A stretch of 64,000 nt of DNA, from assembly GCF_002087085.1 (NCBI RefSeq), contig NZ_MWQY01000003.1:186001-250000 (forward strand), in the 5' to 3' direction. The translations under genes and the position numbers were made by a program. The notes under the pieces were generated by a model, which saw only the letters and a program-made list of their open reading frames with translations, was not told where the DNA came from and searched no databases. Of this stretch, positions 32,391 to 41,826 are shown piece by piece. Each line of letters begins with the position of its first letter. Position 1 is the first letter of the stretch.

Positions 32391-32416
32391 CGTGTAGCCA
32401 ATTGCGTAGCCACTAT
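32391..32416 (+). repeat. Putative integrase arm-type site (left)
   Basis: CGTGTAGCCAATTGCGTAGCCACTAT; 25/26 identical to 48652-48677; internal GTAGCCA direct repeat. Confidence 0.7.
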
Positions 32417-32436
32417 CGCTCACCAAGGAGCATAGT

Positions 32437-33597
32437 ATGGCACGTTATCGATTACCCTACACCTACTACACCCGCACCCTCAAATCCGGGAAAAAGGTGT
32501 ATTACTACCGGACCTACTACGAAAACGGCAACCGGACTCCCGGAATCTCCACCGGAACAAGCACCAAAAAAGACTTTCTTGCTCACATGTCGCATCTCAT
32601 CAAGCAGGATGCCCTGATCCCCGACCGCCGGAAGATCGGCACCTTTGCAGAGTACACCGAGTCCTGGTGGACCTGGGATGCCTGCCCCTACATTGCCCGG
32701 CAGCTCGCCCGGAACGCCAGCGCCATTACCCGGGAGTATGCGAAGTCCCGACGGAGCGAACTTTCATCGCACCTGATTCCAGCCTTCGGGACCACCCGGC
32801 TGGATGCCATTACCCCGGGGATGATCGAAGAGTGGATCCTGTCCATGAAGAAGGCCGGTACCCGGTCGGATGCGACCATCAACCATGCCCTCAAGAACCT
32901 GAAGAAGATCCTGGGAGAGGCCTGTCGCCTGGGGGATATCCCCTCGGATCCGACAGCATCCATCTCGCTGATCCATGAACAGCGAAAAGTCCGCGGGATA
33001 CTCACCCTGGAGGAGATGAAAAAGCTTCTAAGTGATGATGCGCTTGGGACAATCTGGGACGGTCATATTGTGCATTACGCAATTAACCTGACCGCAGCCG
33101 CCACCGGGATGCGCCAAAGCGAGCTGCTCGGGGTAACAAAGGAGAGCTTCCATGGCACCCACATCGATGTTGCGACCGTGTACCGCCCCTTGAGCAAGGA
33201 GAAAAGCACCAAAACCAACCGTCCCCGGATCGTCCCGGTCCCGGGCAGGGTCGCCCAGTATCTCGAGCTGCTCTGTCAGCAAACGAATAATTACCTCTTC
33301 TCGATCGATACCGGCACCACCCCGCTTGCAGGTAACAGTATTACCCGCTCCTTCTATCGTGCTCTGGAACGGATCGGGATCGAAGCTGAAGAGCGGAAGA
33401 CACGCGGGATCGTGTTCCACTCCTGGCGGCACTTCTTCAATACCTACTGTCGGAGCGACAACCTGGCGGATGCAAAGCTTCAGGCTATAACGGGTCATAC
33501 CACGATGAAGATGACGGAAAATTACACCAAGTTCGACATGCAGCACTTCAAGGAAGTAATAGAGCTGCAGGAGCGTCTGATAGGCAATTCTCAATAG
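32437..33597 (+). CDS. Tyrosine recombinase / phage-type integrase
   Basis: Catalytic R (TGMRQSE), HxxR (FHSWRH), H (TGH) and Y (TENY); AAGGAG RBS; next to attL. Confidence 0.93.
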   Translation: MARYRLPYTYYTRTLKSGKKVYYYRTYYENGNRTPGISTGTSTKKDFLAHMSHLIKQDALIPDRRKIGTFAEYTESWWTWDACPYIARQLARNASAITREYAKSRRSELSSHLIPAFGTTRLDAITPGMIEEWILSMKKAGTRSDATINHALKNLKKILGEACRLGDIPSDPTASISLIHEQRKVRGILTLEEMKKLLSDDALGTIWDGHIVHYAINLTAAATGMRQSELLGVTKESFHGTHIDVATVYRPLSKEKSTKTNRPRIVPVPGRVAQYLELLCQQTNNYLFSIDTGTTPLAGNSITRSFYRALERIGIEAEERKTRGIVFHSWRHFFNTYCRSDNLADAKLQAITGHTTMKMTENYTKFDMQHFKEVIELQERLIGNSQ

Positions 33598-33806
33598 AGC
33601 CTAAGACCATTCGTTCAATACATAGCCATCACTTTAACCTAATGTTTTACAATTCCCTTAAATTCTACACACTCTATACGGTTTCTGATAGCAAACAATT
33701 CCGTCAACGACACGGTATTTGGAAATTTGTATAATGATCACGTTCAAACAGTCATGAATCATCATGATTGTTGGTGATTATCGTTAAAAAGCTGGGAAGG
33801 ATTATT

Positions 33807-33992
33807 ATGAGGATTTTAACGAGTTATGAAACCGCAGAGATGTTGCGGATTTCAATGCCGACATTATATCGGCACGTACGAGATGGGTTGATTCCGTGCC
33901 TGAGAGTAGGTCGGCGAAAACTTTTTCGATATAGTGATATCGAAAAATTTATTGACAATCAGATCTCTGACGGGAGTACTAACGGTGTATAG
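33807..33992 (+). CDS. Excisionase-like helix-turn-helix protein
   Basis: 61 aa; LTSYETAEMLRISMPTLYR..G.IP..RVGRR pattern. Confidence 0.85.
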   Translation: MRILTSYETAEMLRISMPTLYRHVRDGLIPCLRVGRRKLFRYSDIEKFIDNQISDGSTNGV

Positions 33993-35259
33993 TATTCCTG
34001 AAACAGCTAAGGCGAAATATGATCCATTGAATGAACATGTACTATCGGAAGACTTCGCCCATAACTATGGGACTCCGATTACAAGTAAGATTGACATTCA
34101 CAATGGGATAGTGATGGTACCAACTGACCGCGGGCTGTATGAAGTTCACTCACAAGAAGGAACCATCACTGTTGTACCATCATCGCAATCCAGACAGTTT
34201 ACCCTCTCAAGCCTGCTTTCAACAGAGTTCCCGGAACTCATCTGGTACGTCGATCGGCTTATAACACCAGGGCTCAGTCTGCTGTGGGGGTATGCTAAGA
34301 GCGGGAAGTCTATCCTTGCGCTGCATATCCTTGTTGACATCGTTCTTGGGCGCAAGGTGCTTGGTACTTTGGCAGTGAAACAATCATCTGCACTCTTCAT
34401 CAGCCTTGAGGATGGAGGTCGTCGCCTTAAGCAGAGGCTCCAAGCCGCTGGAGCAATAGGGAGTGATAATCTTATTATCCATACAGATTGGTCACGCGGT
34501 ACTGAAGGAGTCCGGGAACTTGAGCTGTTCTTGGATGTACATCCAGCTATCAGGGTTGTCGTTATCGACACACTCTTTCTTTTCTCCAAGTTGCCAGATA
34601 GCAACGATTACAGCTCTACTATTAGCCTCATGGAAACCCTTAAACGGGTAGCAGATGACAGGGACATCTGTATTATTGCTTTGCACCATAGTAAAAAGTC
34701 TGGCCGGGAAGATTCTACCGATATAACACAAACTGCCCTTGGTTCTACCGGAATCGTCTCTGGACCGGATCACTTGCTGTACCTAAAGCGGACTCCTGAA
34801 GGTCCTACTGATGCAGTGCTGTTCTTCCGATCCAAGGACGCCGAACCTGCTGAAATTGCGCTGACGTTTGACTCTACTATTCAGGGGTGGCGCTACGCAG
34901 GAGAAGCTGATGAGATGGCCGATACTGATGAGCGACAGGAGATCCTGGAACTGTTACGCCGTAATCAAGGCTCCATGTCCACTGGCGATATCGCGGATGC
35001 GCTGAGAAAGAAGAAAGCAGCTGTTTCAAACCTTCTTGGGCGACTTGTAAAAAAAGGCGCAGTAAGAAAACTCAGCTACGGGATTTACACCCTACCCTCT
35101 GGAGAGTCGTGTAACCCGTGTAACTGTGAAACTGAAGGAAGCAAGGAGGTGTTCCACCAGGATCAGGAAACGAGGACTTTCACAGTTTCACCACTTACAC
35201 AGGAGGTTGATGCTGAAGAGAGTGAAGGTGAAGACCAGGCTCAGGTGCCTTTGTTTTAG
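33985..35259 (+). CDS. RepA-like AAA_25 helicase with C-terminal winged helix
   Basis: GYAKSGKS Walker A, LED, VVVIDTL Walker B, LHHSKK; C-terminal HTH; GTG start after GGGAG overlapping the xis stop. Confidence 0.8.
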   Translation: MYSIPETAKAKYDPLNEHVLSEDFAHNYGTPITSKIDIHNGIVMVPTDRGLYEVHSQEGTITVVPSSQSRQFTLSSLLSTEFPELIWYVDRLITPGLSLLWGYAKSGKSILALHILVDIVLGRKVLGTLAVKQSSALFISLEDGGRRLKQRLQAAGAIGSDNLIIHTDWSRGTEGVRELELFLDVHPAIRVVVIDTLFLFSKLPDSNDYSSTISLMETLKRVADDRDICIIALHHSKKSGREDSTDITQTALGSTGIVSGPDHLLYLKRTPEGPTDAVLFFRSKDAEPAEIALTFDSTIQGWRYAGEADEMADTDERQEILELLRRNQGSMSTGDIADALRKKKAAVSNLLGRLVKKGAVRKLSYGIYTLPSGESCNPCNCETEGSKEVFHQDQETRTFTVSPLTQEVDAEESEGEDQAQVPLF

Positions 35260-35269
35260 GGAGGCGGAG

Positions 35270-35542
35270 ATGGATTGGATGATATCCTGGCTAATTGATC
35301 TACACCTTAAGCAATCTGGCGCCTTCTTTAGTTCCCTGCCAATAGAAGACCAATGTTCTATTGCACACGCTCTTGGCAACATAAAGGCAGGAAATGCAAT
35401 GATCCATTCATTATCGAATGGCAATCGAGTGATTATCGGCAAAGATAGATGTTGCCGACCACAAGTAGTTCCAGCAGAGCAGATCATGACTCTGCTTGCC
35501 CTGAAGCAAAAGAGGCAGGAAGATGCAGTGTCCGAGAAATGA
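35270..35542 (+). CDS. Hypothetical protein (90 aa)
   Basis: GGGAGG RBS then ATG 35270, immediately after the helicase. Confidence 0.55.
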   Translation: MDWMISWLIDLHLKQSGAFFSSLPIEDQCSIAHALGNIKAGNAMIHSLSNGNRVIIGKDRCCRPQVVPAEQIMTLLALKQKRQEDAVSEK

Positions 35543-35669
35543 GAATCCCGAGTTCTGCACCGGTGCTTTCCTGTGCAGATTCTGGGATCCATTCAGCGTG
35601 AAATGTTCGTATCCGCTATTTGCCGCAGCAAGAAGAAGGGAGGCACAGGTAAAAAAGTTAGCAAAATGA
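35523..35669 (+). CDS. Small four-Cys protein (48 aa, MQCPRNENPEFC...)
   Basis: GAGGCAGGAAG RBS, overlaps the upstream stop, followed by hairpins; below ORF-track cutoff. Confidence 0.45.
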   Translation: MQCPRNENPEFCTGAFLCRFWDPFSVKCSYPLFAAARRREAQVKKLAK

Positions 35670-35730
35670 TCGAAGTGCAGCAGAATCCTTAGATTCTGCG
35701 GTACTACTTTTCTTTGTGTACTTCTGTAGG

Positions 35731-35758
35731 CAGAAACCCCTCTTGAGTGGGGTTTTTG
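35731..35758 (+). terminator. Probable intrinsic terminator of the xis-rep operon
   Basis: AGAAACCCC..GGGGTTTTT hairpin with T-run. Confidence 0.55.
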
Positions 35759-35894
35759 TCGACATTAACTGAGTTTCTGTTAACATAATGTATACAGAAA
35801 TCCCCTTCAAGCTCTGTTTCTGCGTCATAGACAATTTCGATTCGTTCTTGAGAACTGAACCACTCCGGAAATCCCGGAGACTGTTTCGTGTGAC

Positions 35895-36795
35895 TACAGC
35901 CCGCTGGCTGTGTCTTCCAGTTGATTATAATATGCCGTCTCAAACTCGGCCGGAGGCATATATCCTAACGGTTCAAGAAGCCGTTTGTTGTTGAACCAGC
36001 TTACCCATTCCCGTGTAGCAGCGCCTCAATCACTTCAAGGTTTTTCCACGGACCTTTTTTCCGAATTACTTCAGTTTTGTAAAGCCCATTGATAGTTTCC
36101 GCCATTGCGTTGTCATACGAGCTGCCGACGCTTCCCACCGACGGCGTAACTTCAGCTTCTGCCAATCTCTTGGAATACCTGATGGAAAGGTACTGCCTAC
36201 CGCGGTCGCTATGGTGGATGAGTCCATCCTGTGTTTGTCTGGCCCACAAAGCCTGCTCGAGAGCATCAAGGGGAAGTTCCGCCTTCATCGAAGTCGACGC
36301 TCGTCACCCGACGATCATGCGGGAAAAGATAGCGATGATAAACGCGACGTACACAAAACCCATCCTCGTTGCAACATACGTAAAATCCGCAACCCACAGT
36401 TGGTTAGGCCTGGTTGCGTTGAAGTCCCGATTGACCAGGTCCAGTGGGAGTTTGTCTTCTTGGTCTGAGACGGTGGTTCGGACCTTTCGGCCCCGGACCA
36501 CGCCCTAAAGGCCCATAGAACACATAAGCCGCGCTATGGTGCACGTTGCGACTATGAAGCCTTCACGCTTCAGTTGACGCCAGATTTTACGGGCTCTGTA
36601 GACTTGGTAGTTCTCATCCCAAACCCGTCTGATTTCTGGCTTGAAGAATTCATCGCGCTGGATACGCGCAGGCGCTGTCTCAGGGGTTCGTTCCCGCTTT
36701 TTCTGCTCGTAATATACCGATGGAGCAATCGGCAGCGTTTTGCAGATTGACTCGACTCCATACTTGTTCCGGTATCTGTCGATAAATCCAACTAT
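35895..36795 (-). pseudogene. IS3-family transposase OrfB (DDE), inactivated
   Basis: WVADFTYV, HHSDRG, SYDNAMAE motifs; in-frame TAG near 36506, TGA at 36304-36306 and a frameshift near 36025 (WFNNKRLLEPLGYMPP continues in another frame). Confidence 0.88.
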
Positions 36796-37118
36796 CTCTT
36801 TTGTGGGCGGTCGAGCTCCGCCTTCACGAAATATCCGGCAACCAGGCGTAAAATCTCATTGGCTTTCTTGAGCTCCCGGACTTCCCGCTCTAAATCTTGT
36901 ATTCGTTTCTTTTCGTCGGAAGTGAGACCTTCGCGGTCCCCGTTATCTTTCTTCGCCTGGCGGATCCATCTTCGAAGCGTCTCCGACGTACAGCCAATCG
37001 TCTCGGCAATCGACTCTATGGCGGCCCACTGCGAATCATATTCGTCCTTGGCGGCGAACACCATCCTAACTGCCCGTTCCTTTACTTCCTCAGAAAACCT
37101 GTTGTTTTTCCTTATCAT
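36792..37118 (-). CDS. IS3-family transposase OrfA
   Basis: FSEEVKERAVRMV..IGCTSETLRRW..ELKKANEILR. Confidence 0.9.
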   Translation of the reverse strand: MIRKNNRFSEEVKERAVRMVFAAKDEYDSQWAAIESIAETIGCTSETLRRWIRQAKKDNGDREGLTSDEKKRIQDLEREVRELKKANEILRLVAGYFVKAELDRPQKR

Positions 37119-37171
37119 GACTCCATTCTCTCACAAGATTTTTTCTCCGGTAAAGTTGGGGCATTTCACTT

Positions 37172-37300
37172 GAGCCCATGTCTTTAATTACATTGAGGTG
37201 ATATTTTACATCAGGAAACGTCGTCATGAGCATCCCGATGGAAAGCCACCTGTAGAAGAATTAGTAGCTAAGGGGTGTCTATAAAACAAGGGGAATTCCA
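37172..37300 (+). pseudogene. 3' remnant of a second IS3-family element
   Basis: Degenerate VFNYIEV(I)FYIRKRRH..PPVE resembling the IS3 OrfB C-terminus, then an IRR-like end GTGTCTATAAAACAAGGGGAATTCCA. Confidence 0.6.
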
Positions 37301-37310
37301 CTGTACCTCA

Positions 37311-38951
37311 TCAACTGGTTGATGGAGATCGGGGACGCTGACGTTCCTGAAGGAGACGGTGATGCGCGTCCCGTGCTTCTTGCAGTATCTTCGGATCGAG
37401 TCCAGCAGCAACTAGCATATCGTCTACTTCGAGAGAAGCCTTCTCTCGGTGCCCGGACCGACAGAGTGCGTCCAACCGATGAAATTTTTCAGACGAGACA
37501 ACAAATCCATCAGGAGAAAGAAGCTCCAGAACATCCGAAGGATCGAGACGTAGGGCACCGCCACCAGTTCTTCGACCGACGATCTCTGCACTGAGCTGAG
37601 CTGGCGTAGAGAGCATTCCCACCGCTACCATTCGCTGGTGGGAGAGGGTCTTATCCAGAAAAGTAACTGCGTGTAGCGTATTCGTACATGCGACTCCAGA
37701 GCGGTTCAACGATAGACAAACAAAAGTCCCACTTGTATACGTCAAAAATGCATCTGGTGGAGAGGTGCCCGGCACTATATACCACGGGTGTCTACTTGAG
37801 CATTTGTGCCCTCGATGGATACCCTCTCGCTCGCCGTACTCGATATATGCCTGAGCTCCACTTGGGCAGTCACCTTTTAGCGGTGGCGAGAACAGGAATA
37901 GCTTTCCGAATCGATCCTCAGCCCAATTATTGTGAACACCAGTCACTTGCAGACCATGTACCTGTTTTGCTCGTGCAACTATCGGTACTAGACAGTCAGA
38001 TTCGATGCCACGATCGATAGCTTCGTCGAGCGACATGACGAAAAACCGCTTTGCACCAGTCACTGCGCCTATCCTAACATGAGCTCTTGACCCGAATGAG
38101 GGGTACTGGCTACGCAATATCTCAAGTACTGAAGCGGCACCCGAGCTTTTTGACGAGAGGTGCCAATCAGCCGGACGTTCCCTTGATAGAGTAATTTCAA
38201 CATCTTCCGAATGTATAGTTCTCTGCAGTTCGATTTTGTGTCGTTCCATTGACCTCAAAATCACCTTTGCACATCCGTCTTGCCTGTTTTCACCTAGGAC
38301 TAGAATACTTTCCTCTTGGGCTTCGGGAAATACCGTCCCAATAACGCGGATGATCTGCAACGACGCAAAAGAAGAAGCAAGGAGAGTGCGAATACGTTCA
38401 GCGTAGTTTGCATGAAGAAAGGCTCCAGGTAGTACAAAGGCTAAGTGCCCACCAGGTCGAATGAAACGGAGTGAATGTACTACAAAATAGGCCCAGTAGC
38501 TTGCGCGTCGCGAGACCTCTCCTCTACTACAGGATTGTTCCGCGGCGAGCCGTGCTGCATCACGAAGTAGGTGATGTCTGACGTACGGCGGATTGCCGAT
38601 GATGACGGAGTAAAGTCCCCCCACATCTGATGGAGTTAAGCGAAGGAAGTCTGTATGCATTAGTTTGGATTGCGCGAGGGACTTCCGCACAAAGGCGATA
38701 GACGTCGCTGCAGCAGAGTCAATCTCTACGCCAACTATCTGGCGGCTTGGATTACTGACTCCAAGATTCCGTAGGCGATTGAAGGCTGACTGCAAAAAAA
38801 CCCCGCTCCCGAAGCTCGGATCGATTACGGTATCATGCTCATTGCGAATTGCCCAAAGCGCCAATGCATCGGCAATATCAGTTGGGGTGTAGTACACACC
38901 ATTCCTTTTCTTCACCGAAACATTTGCTGAATTGGAGAGAGAATAGCTCAT
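37311..38951 (-). CDS. DNA amino-methyltransferase, gamma group (probably N6-adenine)
   Basis: GVYYTP, DPSFGSGVFL (motif I), GNPPY (motif IV), C-terminal TRD-like region; 4-nt overlap with the PLD gene. Confidence 0.9.
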   Translation of the reverse strand: MSYSLSNSANVSVKKRNGVYYTPTDIADALALWAIRNEHDTVIDPSFGSGVFLQSAFNRLRNLGVSNPSRQIVGVEIDSAAATSIAFVRKSLAQSKLMHTDFLRLTPSDVGGLYSVIIGNPPYVRHHLLRDAARLAAEQSCSRGEVSRRASYWAYFVVHSLRFIRPGGHLAFVLPGAFLHANYAERIRTLLASSFASLQIIRVIGTVFPEAQEESILVLGENRQDGCAKVILRSMERHKIELQRTIHSEDVEITLSRERPADWHLSSKSSGAASVLEILRSQYPSFGSRAHVRIGAVTGAKRFFVMSLDEAIDRGIESDCLVPIVARAKQVHGLQVTGVHNNWAEDRFGKLFLFSPPLKGDCPSGAQAYIEYGEREGIHRGHKCSSRHPWYIVPGTSPPDAFLTYTSGTFVCLSLNRSGVACTNTLHAVTFLDKTLSHQRMVAVGMLSTPAQLSAEIVGRRTGGGALRLDPSDVLELLSPDGFVVSSEKFHRLDALCRSGHREKASLEVDDMLVAAGLDPKILQEARDAHHRLLQERQRPRSPSTS

Positions 38952-39805
38952 GATTTCTCCCCGCGATACTGATCCCCAAGGAAATCACTACCTTGCTGAA
39001 GAACAATTTCCATAAGCATCGAGAGGCGTTGCGCTATTGGACCCCGTAGAATTGTACCCGCCTCGAACCTCGAGCGCATACCTGCAACAGTAAAATTAGC
39101 AGATCCGAGATATGCCGAACGTCCGTAATCGGAGACAGCAGCTTTGAAGTGGAAAGTTGAGATACCGAACCGATCTGCTGTGTCAGGCGTGTTCCAAGTA
39201 AGAACCCTACACCCGGGGTAGTGTGCCAGTTGCTCAAGTCTCGCGAGAAGGGTTTTGCTCGAGCTAGCGTTGAAACGACCCAAGATCGTTAGTTGAACAC
39301 CTGACTTCAGCCGACGCTCCACGACTTGAGATATGTCCGAGACTGTATCGCTATCCCAAAAGGGAGCAGCAAGGATTACTCTCTGCTGCGCGCTTGCAAT
39401 CACATCAACAACCGCCGTCCGAAGATCAAGTGCGGTTCGCCGAATATCTGCTTGTTTATCAAGGGATAGACTGGAGGGAAAAGTCACACAGAGCTCAACT
39501 TTTGACTTTGAAGCCCTTTCCATTCCAAGGGCTGCTGCGACCCCTCGTCGGAACTCAGCAGTTGACTTCAGAATGGCATGGTCTATTTCAAAATTGTCAC
39601 CAGACGTGCGGTTTACAACTCCCAAGTCTTCCAGTCCGATCAGAGCAAGTTTAATCTCATCGTACGACGCGGAGCGTTCAGATAATTCAGCCTCGATTTC
39701 ATGAATTCCAACAGACTTGGTTTGATTGGAATAAGCTAACGATTTCTCAACAAGTTCAAGGAGCCGCCCGAGGCGACGCGCCGCTTCAAGATACCGGGTA
39801 CTCAA
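38948..39805 (-). CDS. drmC: Phospholipase D-family nuclease, DrmC-like
   Basis: Single HKD motif HFKAAVSD plus GSANFT; follows DUF1998 gene. Confidence 0.8.
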   Translation of the reverse strand: MSTRYLEAARRLGRLLELVEKSLAYSNQTKSVGIHEIEAELSERSASYDEIKLALIGLEDLGVVNRTSGDNFEIDHAILKSTAEFRRGVAAALGMERASKSKVELCVTFPSSLSLDKQADIRRTALDLRTAVVDVIASAQQRVILAAPFWDSDTVSDISQVVERRLKSGVQLTILGRFNASSSKTLLARLEQLAHYPGCRVLTWNTPDTADRFGISTFHFKAAVSDYGRSAYLGSANFTVAGMRSRFEAGTILRGPIAQRLSMLMEIVLQQGSDFLGDQYRGEKS

Positions 39806-41826
39806 TACTCAACTCCATCCAACTGCCAGAATCCTACAATCTGCTCGAAATTGCTAACATCTGCCCATGGAGCATGTCCACCAATCAAGAAAGTCCTCGA
39901 CAAGCCGTGATTAAATGTACGACACGATATCTCCGGAGACTGAATACAACCGTGACATGCACCTCGTCCATCAATGCAGGTTGAATCATACACGCAATAT
40001 AGTGCTTCGTTAGCCAAAGCATCCAGAAACGCACTAAGTTGATCACGGACGAGTGTCTCAAAGCCACCGAGTTGAAAACTCCCTGAACTATCATAAATCA
40101 CAGTTCCTAGGAGCGGGAGAAACAAATACTCGGACAAGGATGTACGTTCGAGACCAGAATACCAGCTGGCAGCGCGCATCGCTGCATGTGAGAGAGTATG
40201 GACCAATCCAAAGACCATTCTACGCACTCGACAACTCCAGATGTCGTCGTAGTAGCGATCAATAGGCTCAAGATGGCTAAGGATCCACGACAATGGAGAT
40301 TTCTCGTTTTGAGGTACAGCGATCCCATTTGTCCGGAGCCAAGCCGCTACTCTTGCTGGATCGAGGGAGAGAAAGATTCCCTCGTGATCGCCCTCACGAG
40401 CGAGGATTGGAACTGTTCCGACGAGTTCCGGTCGCCCAAGCCGTTGAGCGGCAGCATACTTATCAAGCGAAGGAAATGCACGGATTTCAGTCGGAAGATC
40501 CTGTGCCGATAGCTCCTCGAAAGTCGGCAAAAAGGAACGACGCGTGTAGCCGAAGGTTGCAGTAATAACTGGTAGATCCTCAACTAACATGAGGTCCTTT
40601 ATTCCAAGCTGAGAGCGCGTATTTGCAATCTCGTCGGCAAGCAACGCTGTTGCACTGTCTTCCGAATCTATGACACTCATAGCATCTATAGTTGTTACAG
40701 TGGACCGAAAGGCGAGACTTTCCCGTATAGACGACTGAACATCTATCTCAAGGTGGATGCCTTCAGTTTCATCGTTTTTTTCCTCTTCGAGAGAAGGAGA
40801 TACTACAGCTGTTGCTGCTACAGCAATACGAGACATCAGTTCGGCAGCTCGCTGCGAATCTCCTGTCTGCCGTGCCGCTTGAGCGGCTTTCGTCAATTCT
40901 TGGATCACATCGATGGGATTCACCGGCCGCAAAGGCCGCTCACCGACAGGTAGCAGCGACCAGAGTGTCCTCTGCTCATCATCTGGTATACCAGTTACAG
41001 ATGGTCTGTCCAGACGCAGAATTGTTAGGGACTGCGGATAATAGGTTGCATTCGCACTGTATCGAGTCATACGCATCGCTGTCCTAGTCACGAAAGTACT
41101 GTCAGTATCTCCGCGGTCTACGGATCCGATAGCTCTCTCCTTCACAATGTCCTTAGCACACCGCGGGCAAGTTGCTGTGAACCGGTCCACAACAGTATGG
41201 CCGCACTTTTTGCATATGACCTTCATGTCTTTTACCCGTTCGGACATCGCTGACAACTCTAGATGACCACCTTCTTTGCAGTTGGGGCACCGCAGTCTCC
41301 GCTTCGAAGGCACCAGCAATCCATCTTTCGTCTTACGCGTAGTAGGCAAGTATTCGGAAACAGCGACAATCTCGCCACAACCATGTACGAAAACTTGTCC
41401 AAATTGTCTTACGGTCCGACTGTGGCACGCTGGACAGAATAGGGATGCTGCGGGTAAACCTCGCGGAAAGAAAAGAGTGCCGCAAGAACTGCAAAGAAAT
41501 GCTGTCTCAAAGACCCTTGCCTCCACAGACTCTGGCAGACCAATAGTGAAACGTTGCGCTTCACGTAACGGATCCGGGAAGTTCCGGTCGATACGACCAC
41601 CACGCGACTCCCAACGCTTGAGCTGCTCATTGACCTCTGCCAGTAAAACTTCCGCCCTTGAGGGCTCCCAAACACTCGACAGCCGAACGTTACCCAATTT
41701 TACGACTGCGACACCGTCTTCCCAGTCAACAGTACGTCCAGGAAGATAGTTAAACAATAACTGCGATACTCCTCGCGTCATTGAAAGGGCGGCGATGTCT
41801 GAATTGCTATAGCTATTACTGTCCAC
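39802..41826 (-). CDS. drmB: DUF1998 helicase-associated protein, DrmB-like
   Basis: N-terminal CxxC clusters, HTLSHAAMR, LSEYLF, GGF, C-terminal C..D..C..ACHGC....SC signature. Confidence 0.82.
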   Translation of the reverse strand: MDSNSYSNSDIAALSMTRGVSQLLFNYLPGRTVDWEDGVAVVKLGNVRLSSVWEPSRAEVLLAEVNEQLKRWESRGGRIDRNFPDPLREAQRFTIGLPESVEARVFETAFLCSSCGTLFFPRGLPAASLFCPACHSRTVRQFGQVFVHGCGEIVAVSEYLPTTRKTKDGLLVPSKRRLRCPNCKEGGHLELSAMSERVKDMKVICKKCGHTVVDRFTATCPRCAKDIVKERAIGSVDRGDTDSTFVTRTAMRMTRYSANATYYPQSLTILRLDRPSVTGIPDDEQRTLWSLLPVGERPLRPVNPIDVIQELTKAAQAARQTGDSQRAAELMSRIAVAATAVVSPSLEEEKNDETEGIHLEIDVQSSIRESLAFRSTVTTIDAMSVIDSEDSATALLADEIANTRSQLGIKDLMLVEDLPVITATFGYTRRSFLPTFEELSAQDLPTEIRAFPSLDKYAAAQRLGRPELVGTVPILAREGDHEGIFLSLDPARVAAWLRTNGIAVPQNEKSPLSWILSHLEPIDRYYDDIWSCRVRRMVFGLVHTLSHAAMRAASWYSGLERTSLSEYLFLPLLGTVIYDSSGSFQLGGFETLVRDQLSAFLDALANEALYCVYDSTCIDGRGACHGCIQSPEISCRTFNHGLSRTFLIGGHAPWADVSNFEQIVGFWQLDGVEY

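Larger units (their letters stand above)
35856..37168 (-). mobile_element. IS3-family insertion sequence (IS51/IS629-like), 1313 bp, defective
   Basis: Imperfect terminal IRs TGAACCACTCCGGAAATCCCGGAGA / TGAAATGCCCCAACTTTACCGGAGA; orfA plus orfB; no target duplication visible. Confidence 0.9.

Noticed and set aside
33686..33693. TGATAGCA (FitA-like half-site) upstream of xis
   Set aside because: A single 8-mer without a partner half-site is plausible by chance.
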